This document shows positions 17,124 through 26,001 of a DNA stretch of 47,226 nt, one piece after another. The translations under genes were made by a program, and so were the position numbers. The stretch lies in assembly GCA_964422625.1 (NCBI GenBank), contig CAYRBN010000001.1, forward strand, positions 1-47,226, given 5' to 3'. The stretch is from an uncultured bacterium (lineage in GTDB: Bacteria; Hydrothermota; UBA3073). The notes below the pieces were generated by a model. It was not told the origin of the DNA, made no database searches, and worked only from the letters and a program-made list of their open reading frames with translations. The number at the start of each line of letters is the position of its first letter. Positions within the stretch are counted from its first letter, which is position 1.

Positions 17124-19325
17124 ATGTACATCGTACTACTAAGCCTGGTCACATTCCTGTTTGATGGGGGTGTGGCAACAGTAGGGAGGTCTTATGCCCC
17201 GTTCGTAAATCCAGCAGGCATTGCAATATCGCCGGGGTTGGAGACCTCATATCTATTAGGTATAAATGGAGGGGAGGCGACCCATACCATTGGTCTATCT
17301 ATGGGAGGTATCGGGTTCGGAACAGAGATTAGAGGCGCAGAACGGAATTTTATCTTATCAAGTGGGCTTCGGATAAAAGACTGGATATATTTTGGTTCAG
17401 GATATAGATTTGGCGACATTGGGGGATATAACATTGGGACTATCATAAGACCGCACAGGTTTCTCTCCATTGGAGTGGTGGGAGATAAGATTGATGATAG
17501 ATATCTGGTCTCATCAGGGATTGGGGTGAGACCAGGGACAGACAGGATAACCCTCACCATTGATGGTGTCCTTGAACAGGATAAGGTGCCTGATTATAGA
17601 TTTGGGGCGAGGCTTGAACCAGTTGATGGAATATTTATAGAGGGCTATTGGGATGAAGACATCTGGAGGGCAGGTATCTCCCTATCTCTTGGCAATATTG
17701 GATTTGGTGGTAACATTGACGGAGCAGACAATTATAACGCGGGTATGGTGTTTTCAAGAGAGAGACACCCTACATTCAAAAAACCTGCCACAAGGTTTGC
17801 CGAGCTCATACTAAAGGGCTCTTATCCAGAACTTGAGAGGAGTGGTATCTTCTTTGAGAAGGTAACTGCACCTTTCTATAAACTACTTTCAAGGATAGAA
17901 GAGCTATCAAAAGAGGATGCCTGTAATGGCATACTTCTAGAACTGAAAGGTGCCCGGATGCGTATGAGCCAGTGGGAGGAGCTAAGAGACGCACTCGTTG
18001 ATTTCAAGGCAGAGGGCAAAAAGGTATATATCTATGGAACCCATTATGGATTTGGCTCTCTCTATCTCGCATCTGTGGCAGATTCAGTATTCCTTCATCC
18101 AGCAGGAATGGTCTTTATTCCGGGGATCCAGGCAAGGATGATATACATAAAAGGGACGATGGAGAAACTTGGAATAGAGGCACAGATAGAGAGGATTGGG
18201 AGGTTCAAATCCGCATCAGAACCATTTGAGAGAGAAGATATGTCAGAAGAGGATAGTCTCCAGCTTATGGAGTATCTCAGGGACATATACTATCCAACAA
18301 TAGAGACAATTGCAGAGGCAAGGGATATCTCACCAGACAGTCTAAAGAGACTGATAAACGAGGGGATCTTCTTTACAGGAGAGTCTGCACGAGAAGCAGG
18401 ACTCATAGATGCAGTCTGGGAGAAGAATAGAGTTGATTCCCTTGTTTTTGGAGAAAAGAGAGATAGATTCAGGAAAGAGAGGGAAGTGAAGAGAGGATGG
18501 AGAGAAGATAAAGAGAAGGAGAAGATAGCACTGATAATTGCAGAAGGGGGTATCATAGAGGGCAGATCATCAGACGGGTGGATAGGCTCAGATGATATGG
18601 TGAAGACACTTGAAAAGGTGAGGGATGATAAGAGCATAAAGGCGGTTGTGTTCAGAGTGAACTCTGGAGGAGGTTCTGCCATTGCATCAGAGATGATTGG
18701 CAAGGCGCTCAAGGATGTAGCAGGAGAGAAACCTGTTGTTGTCTCTATGGGGAGTGTTGCTGCTTCTGGTGGATATTATATATCTGCTTATGGAGACAAG
18801 ATATACGCAAATAACTCTACACTCACAGGTTCAATCGGGGTGATATGGGCTGGCTTTCTTTTCAAGGGGCTTTATGACAAGATTGGGATCTCCTGGGACA
18901 TAGTAAAATTGGGTAGGCATGCTGATATACTCTCTGACATCCGTGAGTGGGATGACTATGAACGGGAAAAGATAAGGGGAGCTACGGAGTGGTTCTATGA
19001 TAGATTCACATCTACGGTTGCGGATGGAAGAGATACGACAGCTGAATACATACACTCGATTGGAGAGGGAAGGATATGGAGCGGAGTGGATGCAAAGGAG
19101 ATTGGACTGGTTGATGAGATAGGCGGGATGTTTGCCGCACTGAAATCTGCTCAAGAGATGGCAGATATTGAAGAGAGAGATGTTGTGATATACCCAAAAC
19201 CAGAAAGGGGGTTCCGCTTTGACCCTACATTTGGGATCAGTAGTTCTCTATCATCTATCAAATCTCTTCTCTCATCAGAATATCTCTACATTATGCCATA
19301 TAAGATAGATGTGGAGGTGAGGTGA
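17124..19325 (+). CDS. sppA: signal peptide peptidase SppA (67K type, two S49 domains) with about 230-aa beta-rich N-terminal extension
   Basis: VVFRVNSGGGSAIASE and SMGSVAASGGYYIS motifs. RBS context is GGAGGTTGTATG. Confidence 0.85.
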   Translation: MYIVLLSLVTFLFDGGVATVGRSYAPFVNPAGIAISPGLETSYLLGINGGEATHTIGLSMGGIGFGTEIRGAERNFILSSGLRIKDWIYFGSGYRFGDIGGYNIGTIIRPHRFLSIGVVGDKIDDRYLVSSGIGVRPGTDRITLTIDGVLEQDKVPDYRFGARLEPVDGIFIEGYWDEDIWRAGISLSLGNIGFGGNIDGADNYNAGMVFSRERHPTFKKPATRFAELILKGSYPELERSGIFFEKVTAPFYKLLSRIEELSKEDACNGILLELKGARMRMSQWEELRDALVDFKAEGKKVYIYGTHYGFGSLYLASVADSVFLHPAGMVFIPGIQARMIYIKGTMEKLGIEAQIERIGRFKSASEPFEREDMSEEDSLQLMEYLRDIYYPTIETIAEARDISPDSLKRLINEGIFFTGESAREAGLIDAVWEKNRVDSLVFGEKRDRFRKEREVKRGWREDKEKEKIALIIAEGGIIEGRSSDGWIGSDDMVKTLEKVRDDKSIKAVVFRVNSGGGSAIASEMIGKALKDVAGEKPVVVSMGSVAASGGYYISAYGDKIYANNSTLTGSIGVIWAGFLFKGLYDKIGISWDIVKLGRHADILSDIREWDDYEREKIRGATEWFYDRFTSTVADGRDTTAEYIHSIGEGRIWSGVDAKEIGLVDEIGGMFAALKSAQEMADIEERDVVIYPKPERGFRFDPTFGISSSLSSIKSLLSSEYLYIMPYKIDVEVR

Positions 19326-19500
19326 AGGGAAAAGGAAAAAGGATAAAGGATAAAGGATAAAGGATGAAGGAGTGAGGCGTAGGGCGTAGGGCGTAAGGAG
19401 TAGGGCGTAATTGATAATCAGTTCCCTGACACCTAACACCTGACACCTGATTTGACCTAATAACCAATAACTAATAACAAATAACCAAGCTTACTGCTTA
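19326..19500 (+). repeat. concatenated tandem-heptamer arrays downstream of sppA
   Basis: Successive blocks: ggataaa x4, gcgtagg x4, acacctg x3-4, aataacc x4 (ctaataaccaataactaataac, identical to the acs-side copy) and cttactg x2. Confidence 0.9.
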
Positions 19501-19520
19501 CTGATAAAGGGGGGGGTTGT

Positions 19521-19742
19521 ATGGAAGAGGCAAGAATAAAAAGTGCAATAGGCAAAATAAGACCAGCAATCCAGAGAGATGGAGGAGATGTGAAGTTTCT
19601 CTCCTTTGATGGCGAAACGGTCAAGGTCAAGCTTATCGGTGCCTGCTCATGCTGTCCAATGGCTGGAATGACCCTGAAGAATACAATAGAAAAAGCGATA
19701 AAGAGTGAAGTGCCATCTGTGAAGAAGGTTGTTGCGGTATAG
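19521..19742 (+). CDS. NifU C-terminal-domain (Nfu-type) Fe-S cluster carrier
   Basis: 73 aa with IRPAIQRDGGDV...GACSCCPMAGMTLK. RBS is a G8 run. Confidence 0.8.
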   Translation: MEEARIKSAIGKIRPAIQRDGGDVKFLSFDGETVKVKLIGACSCCPMAGMTLKNTIEKAIKSEVPSVKKVVAV

Positions 19743-19859
19743 GAAGGTCAAAAAGTCAAAAGATCTAAAGGTCATCCTTAATGACATGGTAACCCATTAA
19801 CCTGATTACTGATAACCGATTACTGATAACTGGTTACTAACTACTGCTTACTGATAGGG
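19743..19859 (+). repeat. tandem-heptamer arrays between nfu and tRNA-Ala
   Basis: gtcaaaa-type units are followed by eight units of gattact/gataacc/ggttact/gcttact. Confidence 0.85.
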
Positions 19860-19935
<76 letters not shown>

Positions 19936-20282
19936 TAATGAATTTGTTATAATACAGCGAACAGTCTGGAATATCATAAGATAGGCTTTCTAATCTTGAA
20001 GGTATGACCTTTCATACTATTACGAAAATTGAGGAAGGGGTCCCACCAGACTAAAGAATTGAGACCATTAAAAAAAAACAGGTTATTCTCCAATTTAGTT
20101 ATGGACTCTGCGAGTTGGTTTAAACAGTAACCTTTATACTGGATAGTTCTAATAATATAGCTTTTTGTATTTAAGAAGTAATCTATTTTCGGAGAATAAG
20201 CATAATTATTTAAGACAATAGGGGATAAAGTAGATTTTAAGTCCACTGTGTCTACCTATTCCATCATCTTGGCACATGGGTC

Positions 20283-21958
20283 TCATCTCAAAATAACTAT
20301 CTTTTGAGTCATTGCTTCTGTTCCCGTAGTCAATTTTACAAAGTATACTCCCGTAGCTATATCTTTCACACTCCATATCACACTCTCTTCACCTGCAGGT
20401 AACCTTCCATTTATAAGTTCTGTAACCATCTGCCCCAACAGATTATAGATTCTGAGTGAGACATCAGCCTCTTCTTTTAGCATAAACGAAATCCGGGCAT
20501 TATCTTTGATTGGCTTTTCTATCTCTAAGATAGAAAAGGTATAGCTATATTCTTCCACCCCAACAGTGATGATGTCTCCCAGGTCTCCGGGCAGGATCTG
20601 ATAACTACCATCATAAGGTGGTTCATTATCGTTCTGGTCTAAAATTCCTACTACACTTATGGGCCAGGAGGGTTCTTCACTGCCATCTATATTTGTGTTA
20701 TTATATATCCTTAATGTAACGGTATCTATTCCATCTTCATCTGTTATAAGTATGTTGGCACTCACCCCTGAAGGGGGCCAGGGTGTGGCATCCGCCCTGT
20801 TCACACTGTCAACCCTGATGAGTCTCCCCTCATAGGTTTCCTCAAAGTCTGATAGGAGAATCAAGGATGGTGAGGGAACACGGTTAGAGCCTAATCTTTT
20901 TAGCCTTTCTATACCCCTTATCTGGGTCATTCCAAAAGACTGATATACTTCTCCTGCAACCCTTATTGAATCCCCCCTCCATATCTCTGGGTCATATCTT
21001 GGGATCCATACCATAATCCCGGCTTCTCCATCCTGGAGGAAAATGCTGTGTGGTGATACAATATACCATTCAACAGTCGCAACCCCCTCAATCATTACCA
21101 TCTCACCCTTCTTATCGGGAATAAAGTCAGCATCTCCATCAACTTTTACGGAGGAAATCGTGGATATATCTCCCCAGAACCAGGCAGTATCAGTAATCAT
21201 AAGATTACCAGCAAGGTCATTTAATCCAGAGACAACAAGTCTATAGAAGAGATTAGATTGTGGGGATGTAGTGAGATGAACAAGCATAGGATCAACTGGA
21301 TCAAGTTGAGCAGATGTTATGCTTATTCCCTGGTCAATGCTATAATTGGCTGTGTCCTCTGCAGAGGCCTTGATTAATGGCTCATTGAATCTGATATTTA
21401 CAGAATCCTCTCCCCAGGAGAAAGCAGTTATTATGTAAGGTGGGGTAATATCTGGACCACCTGTAACGAATGCGGAATCTACATAGACACTGGCAGAGAT
21501 AATAGTATCCCCCCAGTCTACATCATATACCCTTATCTCTACATGCACGGTCTCGGCCTCTAAAGGGGCAAGCGCAGATAGGGCTAATCCCTGCCAATCT
21601 GTGCTATCAACGGAATAATCTGTATTATCGTTTGATATCCAACTGCCATCACCCCTAAACCACCTCACGGTGCCTCTCACTCTCCCGTAAGGGTCATTAT
21701 CATATACCCAGAAAGTATATGCATAGATTGCGGCAGCAGTGGCAGGAAGTTTCTGGTATATCCAGCGTGTAGGCGTTGTAGCCCACAGGAGTTTGCAGGC
21801 ATATATTCCTGTGTAGATTATACTATCTTCTTGCTCTGCTGTGAGGCCCGGACCTGATGTGCTCCAGTCATCCAGTACCCCGGCTGTCCATTCCTCAGGT
21901 GGTTTTGTCCACTGGTAACTCCCGAAAGGAGAGATAGAATCAATATCAGCTCACACAT
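20283..21958 (-). pseudogene. T9SS-sorted surface protein (Ig-like/SbsA-type domain plus Por C-terminal domain) with a frame break after the signal peptide
   Basis: GGAGG+ATG 21958 gives signal peptide MCELILILSLLSGVTSGQ in one frame, which stops at 21818. The mature region is open in the -1 frame from 21950 to 20283 with no start before GTG 21680. The C-terminus VSLRIYNLLGQ...GVYFVKL is a T9SS CTD. Confidence 0.6.
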
Positions 21959-22100
21959 ACAACCTCCAGGTTTAGATTGAAGATAACAGATGGAACATCT
22001 TACTCTATTTTTTCATACTCTTTTTATGATAACATATCAACCGGAAATTTGCAAGTAAAAAATTGTTAAGATTTTATTAAGGGTGAACCATTTTTTACTC

Positions 22101-22129
22101 TTGACATTTTGGGATTTATGCAGTATAAT
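22101..22129 (+). promoter_or_regulatory. consensus promoter TTGACA-17-TATAAT, 9 nt before the nfo ATG (near-leaderless)
   Basis: -35 at 22101-22106 and -10 at 22124-22129. No SD before ATG 22139. Confidence 0.7.
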
Positions 22130-22138
22130 AGATATGAG

Positions 22139-22981
22139 ATGCGATTTGGATTTCATATATCCATAGCAGGTGGATTTGGGAGGGTTACAGATAGGGCAGA
22201 GAAGAAGGGATGTGAGACCCTCCAACTATTCTCCCGTAACCCGAGAGGGTGGCATTGTCCCCCACTTAACGATATAGATGTGGCAAAGTTCAGAGAGGAT
22301 ATAAAGCAAGCAGGGATATCTCCTGTATTCGTTCATCTTCCCTACTTGCCAAACCTTGCCTCGCCCAAAGACGACCTCTTGAGCACTTCAATATCCTCCC
22401 TTGAGGAGGAACTTCATCGGGCAGAGATACTTGGTGCAGATTTTGTGATAGCACATATGGGTAAAAGAATTGACTCTCCTCTCCAGGATGCAATAGAGAG
22501 AATGGCTTTTTCAATAAACACTGCTCTTGGTAATGTGAAGAATGATACAATTCTTCTTCTTGAAAATACAGCAGGACAGGGCTCTGAGATAGGAGATAAG
22601 TTCTCGGTGATAGGATATGTTATAGATAGGATTGTTGAAAAAAGTAGGTTAGGTGTCTGCCTTGATACAGCACATGCGTTTGAGGCTGGATACGATATAT
22701 CAAAAAAAGATGGGATTGATCATATCCTGAAAGAGATCCAGAATATAATAGGATTGGAAAGACTCTACCTGCTACATCTGAACGATTCAAAAACTCCACT
22801 CGGTTCCCACATAGACCGTCACTGGCATATAGGAGAGGGGTATATAGGGCTTTCTGGTTTTGAGACTATAATAAACCATCCACTCCTATGCCATCTACCC
22901 AGTATTATGGAGACCCCAAGAAAGGCTGATGAGGATGATACAGGGAATATGGAGGTGATAAGGAGACTGGTAAAGAAATGA
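22139..22981 (+). CDS. nfo: endonuclease IV (AP endonuclease)
   Basis: MRFGFHISIAGG..., HLNDSK and DRHWHIGEG motifs. The track start 22109 overlaps the promoter, so ATG 22139 is used. Confidence 0.9.
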   Translation: MRFGFHISIAGGFGRVTDRAEKKGCETLQLFSRNPRGWHCPPLNDIDVAKFREDIKQAGISPVFVHLPYLPNLASPKDDLLSTSISSLEEELHRAEILGADFVIAHMGKRIDSPLQDAIERMAFSINTALGNVKNDTILLLENTAGQGSEIGDKFSVIGYVIDRIVEKSRLGVCLDTAHAFEAGYDISKKDGIDHILKEIQNIIGLERLYLLHLNDSKTPLGSHIDRHWHIGEGYIGLSGFETIINHPLLCHLPSIMETPRKADEDDTGNMEVIRRLVKK

Positions 22982-23134
22982 CAAAAAACTTTAATCACGA
23001 AGGCACAAAGACACGAAATGCAGGTGATCAGTTATCGGTGGTCGGTAATCTGAAATCTTGGTGCCTCTGCCTTATGTAATAACAATCTGTGATTCATATT
23101 ACACAGGGTGAATGTCCTGGCGGTGAATAAAAAC

Positions 23135-23176
23135 ATTTGCAATTTGCATTTTACAATTTGCAATTTGCATTTTACA
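23135..23176 (+). repeat. exact 2 x 21-bp tandem repeat (atttgcaatttgcattttaca)
   Basis: Units at 23135-23155 and 23156-23176 are identical. Confidence 0.9.
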
Positions 23177-23178
23177 AT
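23150..23178 (+). promoter_or_regulatory. candidate promoter TTTACA-17-TACAAT generated by the 21-bp duplication
   Basis: -35 (23150-23155) comes from unit 1 and -10 (23173-23178) from unit 2. It sits about 25 nt before ATG 23203, which has a GGGGG RBS. Confidence 0.45.
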
Positions 23179-23202
23179 GGAGCGAAGCGACCTGGGGGTT
23201 AT

Positions 23203-24606
23203 ATGGAATATATCTCTCCACAACCAAAAGAGAAGAGCCGAAAGTTGATTGAGAGGGATAGAAGGTTGATGTTTTCTGCACATACACGTTCAGATGAGCT
23301 TCCTCTTGCAGTAGATTATGCAAAGGGGGTCAGGATATGGGACATTGATGGAGATAGCTATCTTGACTTTACTGCGGGATATGCTGTCTGTGCAACAGGA
23401 CACTGCAATGAGGAGATTATCAGGGCTGTGGAAGAACAGACCCGTAGGCTGATTCATATCGGGGGTAGCGACTTCTACTATGAACCCCAGGTTACTCTTG
23501 CAGAAAAACTGATAGAGATTACTCCTGGTTCTTATGATAAGAGGATCTATTTTGGAAACTCTGGGGCAGAGTCCCTGGAAGCAGCTCTAAAGATAGCAAG
23601 ATATTTCACAAGACGACCACAAGTTATCTCATTCTTCGATGGGTTTCACGGAAGAACATATGTTGGAATGTCACTTTCAGGAAGTAAAAAAGTTCAAAAA
23701 GCACACTTCTCTCCCCTTATCCCAGAGGTTACCCATACATTCTATCCATACTGTTATAGATGTCCACTCAATCTTACATATCCAGGATGTATTAAGGAAG
23801 AATTTGAGGGGGTTCCACTTATCTCTTGTGTGGACTTTCTTCTGAATACAATATTTAAACAGATCTGTGACCCTGAAGATGTTGGGGCAATATTTGTTGA
23901 ACCTATCCAGGGAGCGGGAGGATATATAGTTCCACCAGAGGAGTTTCTTTTACTCCTCTCTATGATAGCAAAAAAATGGGGTATTATTCTTGTTATGGAC
24001 GAGATACAATCAGGGCTTGGAAGGACAGGAAAGTGGTTTGCCTCTGACCATTTTGGGGTTGAGCCTGATATAGTATGTATAGCAAAGGCATTGGGAGCAG
24101 GGTTGCCAATATCTGCAACGGTTGGACGGGCAGATCTTATGGATGCGGCTGTGGATAAGAGGGCATGGGTTAAAGGTTCTCACGGTTCCACATTTGGAGG
24201 CAATCCGGTTGCTTGTGCAGCAGGCATAAAGACACTTGAACTGCTTGAGGGAGGAGTGATGGAGAATGCAGGCTCTGTGGGCAGTTTCATAATGGAGAGA
24301 TTAAAAGAGATAAAAGAGAAACATAGGATTATAGGGGAAGTGAGGGGCAAGGGACTTATGATAGGGATAGAACTGGTGAAGGATAAGAAGACAAAGGAGA
24401 GGTTCCCAGAAAATCTTACAGGTGATGGAAAGGGGATAAAAGAGGTTGTGATTGGTTCCTGTTTCAAGAAGGGCTTATTCGTTCTTGGATGTGGCAGAGA
24501 TACAATAAGGTTCTCACCACCGCTCGTATTAAGAGAAGAAGAGGCAGAGGAAGGACTTTCAATATTTGAGAGCGCGATTGAAGAGATAGAGGGATTAGTT
24601 GGTTAG
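23203..24606 (+). CDS. class-III (ArgD/GabT-like) PLP aminotransferase
   Basis: GNSGAESLEAALK, DEIQSGLGRTGKWFA and STFGGNP motifs. Start set at MEYISPQ. Confidence 0.85.
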   Translation: MEYISPQPKEKSRKLIERDRRLMFSAHTRSDELPLAVDYAKGVRIWDIDGDSYLDFTAGYAVCATGHCNEEIIRAVEEQTRRLIHIGGSDFYYEPQVTLAEKLIEITPGSYDKRIYFGNSGAESLEAALKIARYFTRRPQVISFFDGFHGRTYVGMSLSGSKKVQKAHFSPLIPEVTHTFYPYCYRCPLNLTYPGCIKEEFEGVPLISCVDFLLNTIFKQICDPEDVGAIFVEPIQGAGGYIVPPEEFLLLLSMIAKKWGIILVMDEIQSGLGRTGKWFASDHFGVEPDIVCIAKALGAGLPISATVGRADLMDAAVDKRAWVKGSHGSTFGGNPVACAAGIKTLELLEGGVMENAGSVGSFIMERLKEIKEKHRIIGEVRGKGLMIGIELVKDKKTKERFPENLTGDGKGIKEVVIGSCFKKGLFVLGCGRDTIRFSPPLVLREEEAEEGLSIFESAIEEIEGLVG

Positions 24607-24690
24607 GTAGTTAGTTTGTTAGTTGGTTAGTCAGTTACAAGTTACAAGTTACGAGTAACAAGTCAAACAAGAAACTCGTTACTTGTTACT
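24595..24690 (+). repeat. tandem-heptamer arrays (gttagtt-type, then gttacaa-type) starting inside the last codons of the aminotransferase
   Basis: ttagttggttaggtagttagtttgttagttggttag is followed by gttacaagttacaagttacgagtaacaagt. Confidence 0.85.
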
Positions 24691-24752
24691 GTTCGTATTG
24701 TGGGAGGCATCTCCTGATGCCGATGGTCAAGGTCAGGAGACCTTTCCCACAT

Positions 24753-24891
24753 AATATTAGCACACAGATTTTCACAGATAAAACTGATTTACACAAATAT
24801 AATTCATTATAAAGATTTTTTTTGAAATCTGTGCCTATCTATTCAATCTGTGAAATCTGTGTGCTTTTCCTCTTTTTTTTCTTGACTTTTT
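24753..24891 (+). repeat. palindromic MITE-like element, copy 2, carrying the holA -35 box
   Basis: TIRs are AGCACACAGATTTTCACAGAT (24759-24779) and ATCTGTGAAATCTGTGTGCT (24846-24865). The interior is near-identical to copy 1. Confidence 0.85.
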
Positions 24892-24909
24892 GACTTTATT
24901 TATTATAAT
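24882..24909 (+). promoter_or_regulatory. promoter TTGACT-16-TATAAT, 6 nt before the holA ATG (leaderless)
   Basis: -35 at 24882-24887, -10 at 24904-24909 and ATG at 24916. There is no room for an SD. Confidence 0.7.
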
Positions 24910-24915
24910 ATAAGT

Positions 24916-25866
24916 ATGGGGAGTATAGACTACCTGAAGGCAAAAAAAGAGATAGAGAGGGGAGTTATCAAAAATAGTTACCTTCTTGCCGGAGAGAACG
25001 AGTTTCTTAAAGAGGAGATTATAACTCTCCTTGAGGAAACTCTTATAAATAAGAAGACAAGGCTATTTGACAGGACAAAGTTTTATGGGGATGAACTTCC
25101 AGACAATCTCCACAGGCAGATAACTTCTCTACCTATCTCCTCTAAAAGGCACCTGAGTATAATTCGGAGTGTAGATAAGATAAAGAAAGAGAAAGGGAAA
25201 AAGGAGATAAAAAAACTTCTAAAGTTGTCCTCTCCATACCTGTGTATTGTTCTGACAGATGGAAAACAGAAGAAAAAAAGATCTCAGTTTTTGAACTGGC
25301 TCCTTTCTAATACAGAAACTGTTTGGTGCAAGAATTTTTCAGAAGATGCTATCAAGAGATGGGTGTCTGATAAGGTGAAAGACCGAGGAAGAGATATTTC
25401 CAGGGATGCAGTCTCGCTATTGGTTGATTTTGTTGGTGATGATATGTATTCACTCTCATCAGAGATAAGAAAACTTCTCTCATTTAAGTCAGAAGGAAGA
25501 GTTGATAGAGAAGATATTGAAAAGATTGTAGGAATAGATAGATTGTCCTCTGTTTATGAACTTGAATCCGCTATTTGCAGGAAGAATATTAAGAAAGGGA
25601 TGAAGGCACTAAACAACCTTCTCCTCTGGGGCGAAAAGCCAGGGGCTATACTTTACAGACTCGGGAAATGGCTGATGGCATCATCTTCAGGTAGACCATG
25701 GAAGAACGGACTTGAGTTCAGAGATGCTGCAATTGGTCTCTCTACACTGACAGAAATAGAGGTAGAGATAAGAGAGGGACGAATAGACGACAGGTTTGCA
25801 GTTGAGGAATTTGTATATAAACTTTGCAAAACCGAGTGCAAAAAGTCAGTTTACCCTGTTAAATAG
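24916..25866 (+). CDS. holA: DNA polymerase III delta subunit
   Basis: 316 aa. N-terminal NSYLLAGENEFLKEEI and C-terminal LLLWGEKPGAILYRLGKW match the HolA pattern. Confidence 0.75.
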   Translation: MGSIDYLKAKKEIERGVIKNSYLLAGENEFLKEEIITLLEETLINKKTRLFDRTKFYGDELPDNLHRQITSLPISSKRHLSIIRSVDKIKKEKGKKEIKKLLKLSSPYLCIVLTDGKQKKKRSQFLNWLLSNTETVWCKNFSEDAIKRWVSDKVKDRGRDISRDAVSLLVDFVGDDMYSLSSEIRKLLSFKSEGRVDREDIEKIVGIDRLSSVYELESAICRKNIKKGMKALNNLLLWGEKPGAILYRLGKWLMASSSGRPWKNGLEFRDAAIGLSTLTEIEVEIREGRIDDRFAVEEFVYKLCKTECKKSVYPVK

Positions 25867-25867
25867 A

Positions 25868-25948
25868 GGTCTGCGGACAGGGATAAATCCTGTCCCTACA
25901 TTGTAGGGACAACCCTTGTGGTTGTCCGCAGGGTTGTTTTTGCGCAGC
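25868..25948 (+). terminator. GGACA-family multi-hairpin followed by a T-run; candidate intrinsic terminator of holA
   Basis: Outer stem CTGCGGACA/TGTCCGCAG encloses GGACAGG-gataaat-CCTGTCC and GGACAACC-cttgt-GGTTGTCC. It is followed by ggttgttttt. Confidence 0.5.
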
Positions 25949-26001
25949 TTCTTACGCTGGTTCAATAAAAAGGAAAAAGGATAAAGGATAATGAGGAGCT
26001 T

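Noticed and set aside
19974-20246. 90-aa ORF next to tRNA-Ala, considered as an integrase or transposase remnant.
   Set aside because: It has a GTG start without an SD and no recognisable integrase, transposase or other motif. No direct repeat of the tRNA 3' end was found. It is left unannotated.
21821-21950. Programmed -1 ribosomal frameshift in the T9SS cargo gene.
   Set aside because: I recognised no X-XXY-YYZ slippery heptamer or obvious downstream pseudoknot. An indel or pseudogene is the more economical explanation. It is kept as a finding only for verification.
24700-24750. aggtcagg-containing hairpin considered as an SRP (4.5S) RNA domain IV. The 34731-36420 tract was also inspected for tmRNA and RNase P RNA.
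   Set aside because: It lacks the GGAAGCAGC partner motif of SRP RNA. No tmRNA (tRNA-like ends) or RNase P (GAGGAAAGTCC) signatures were seen.
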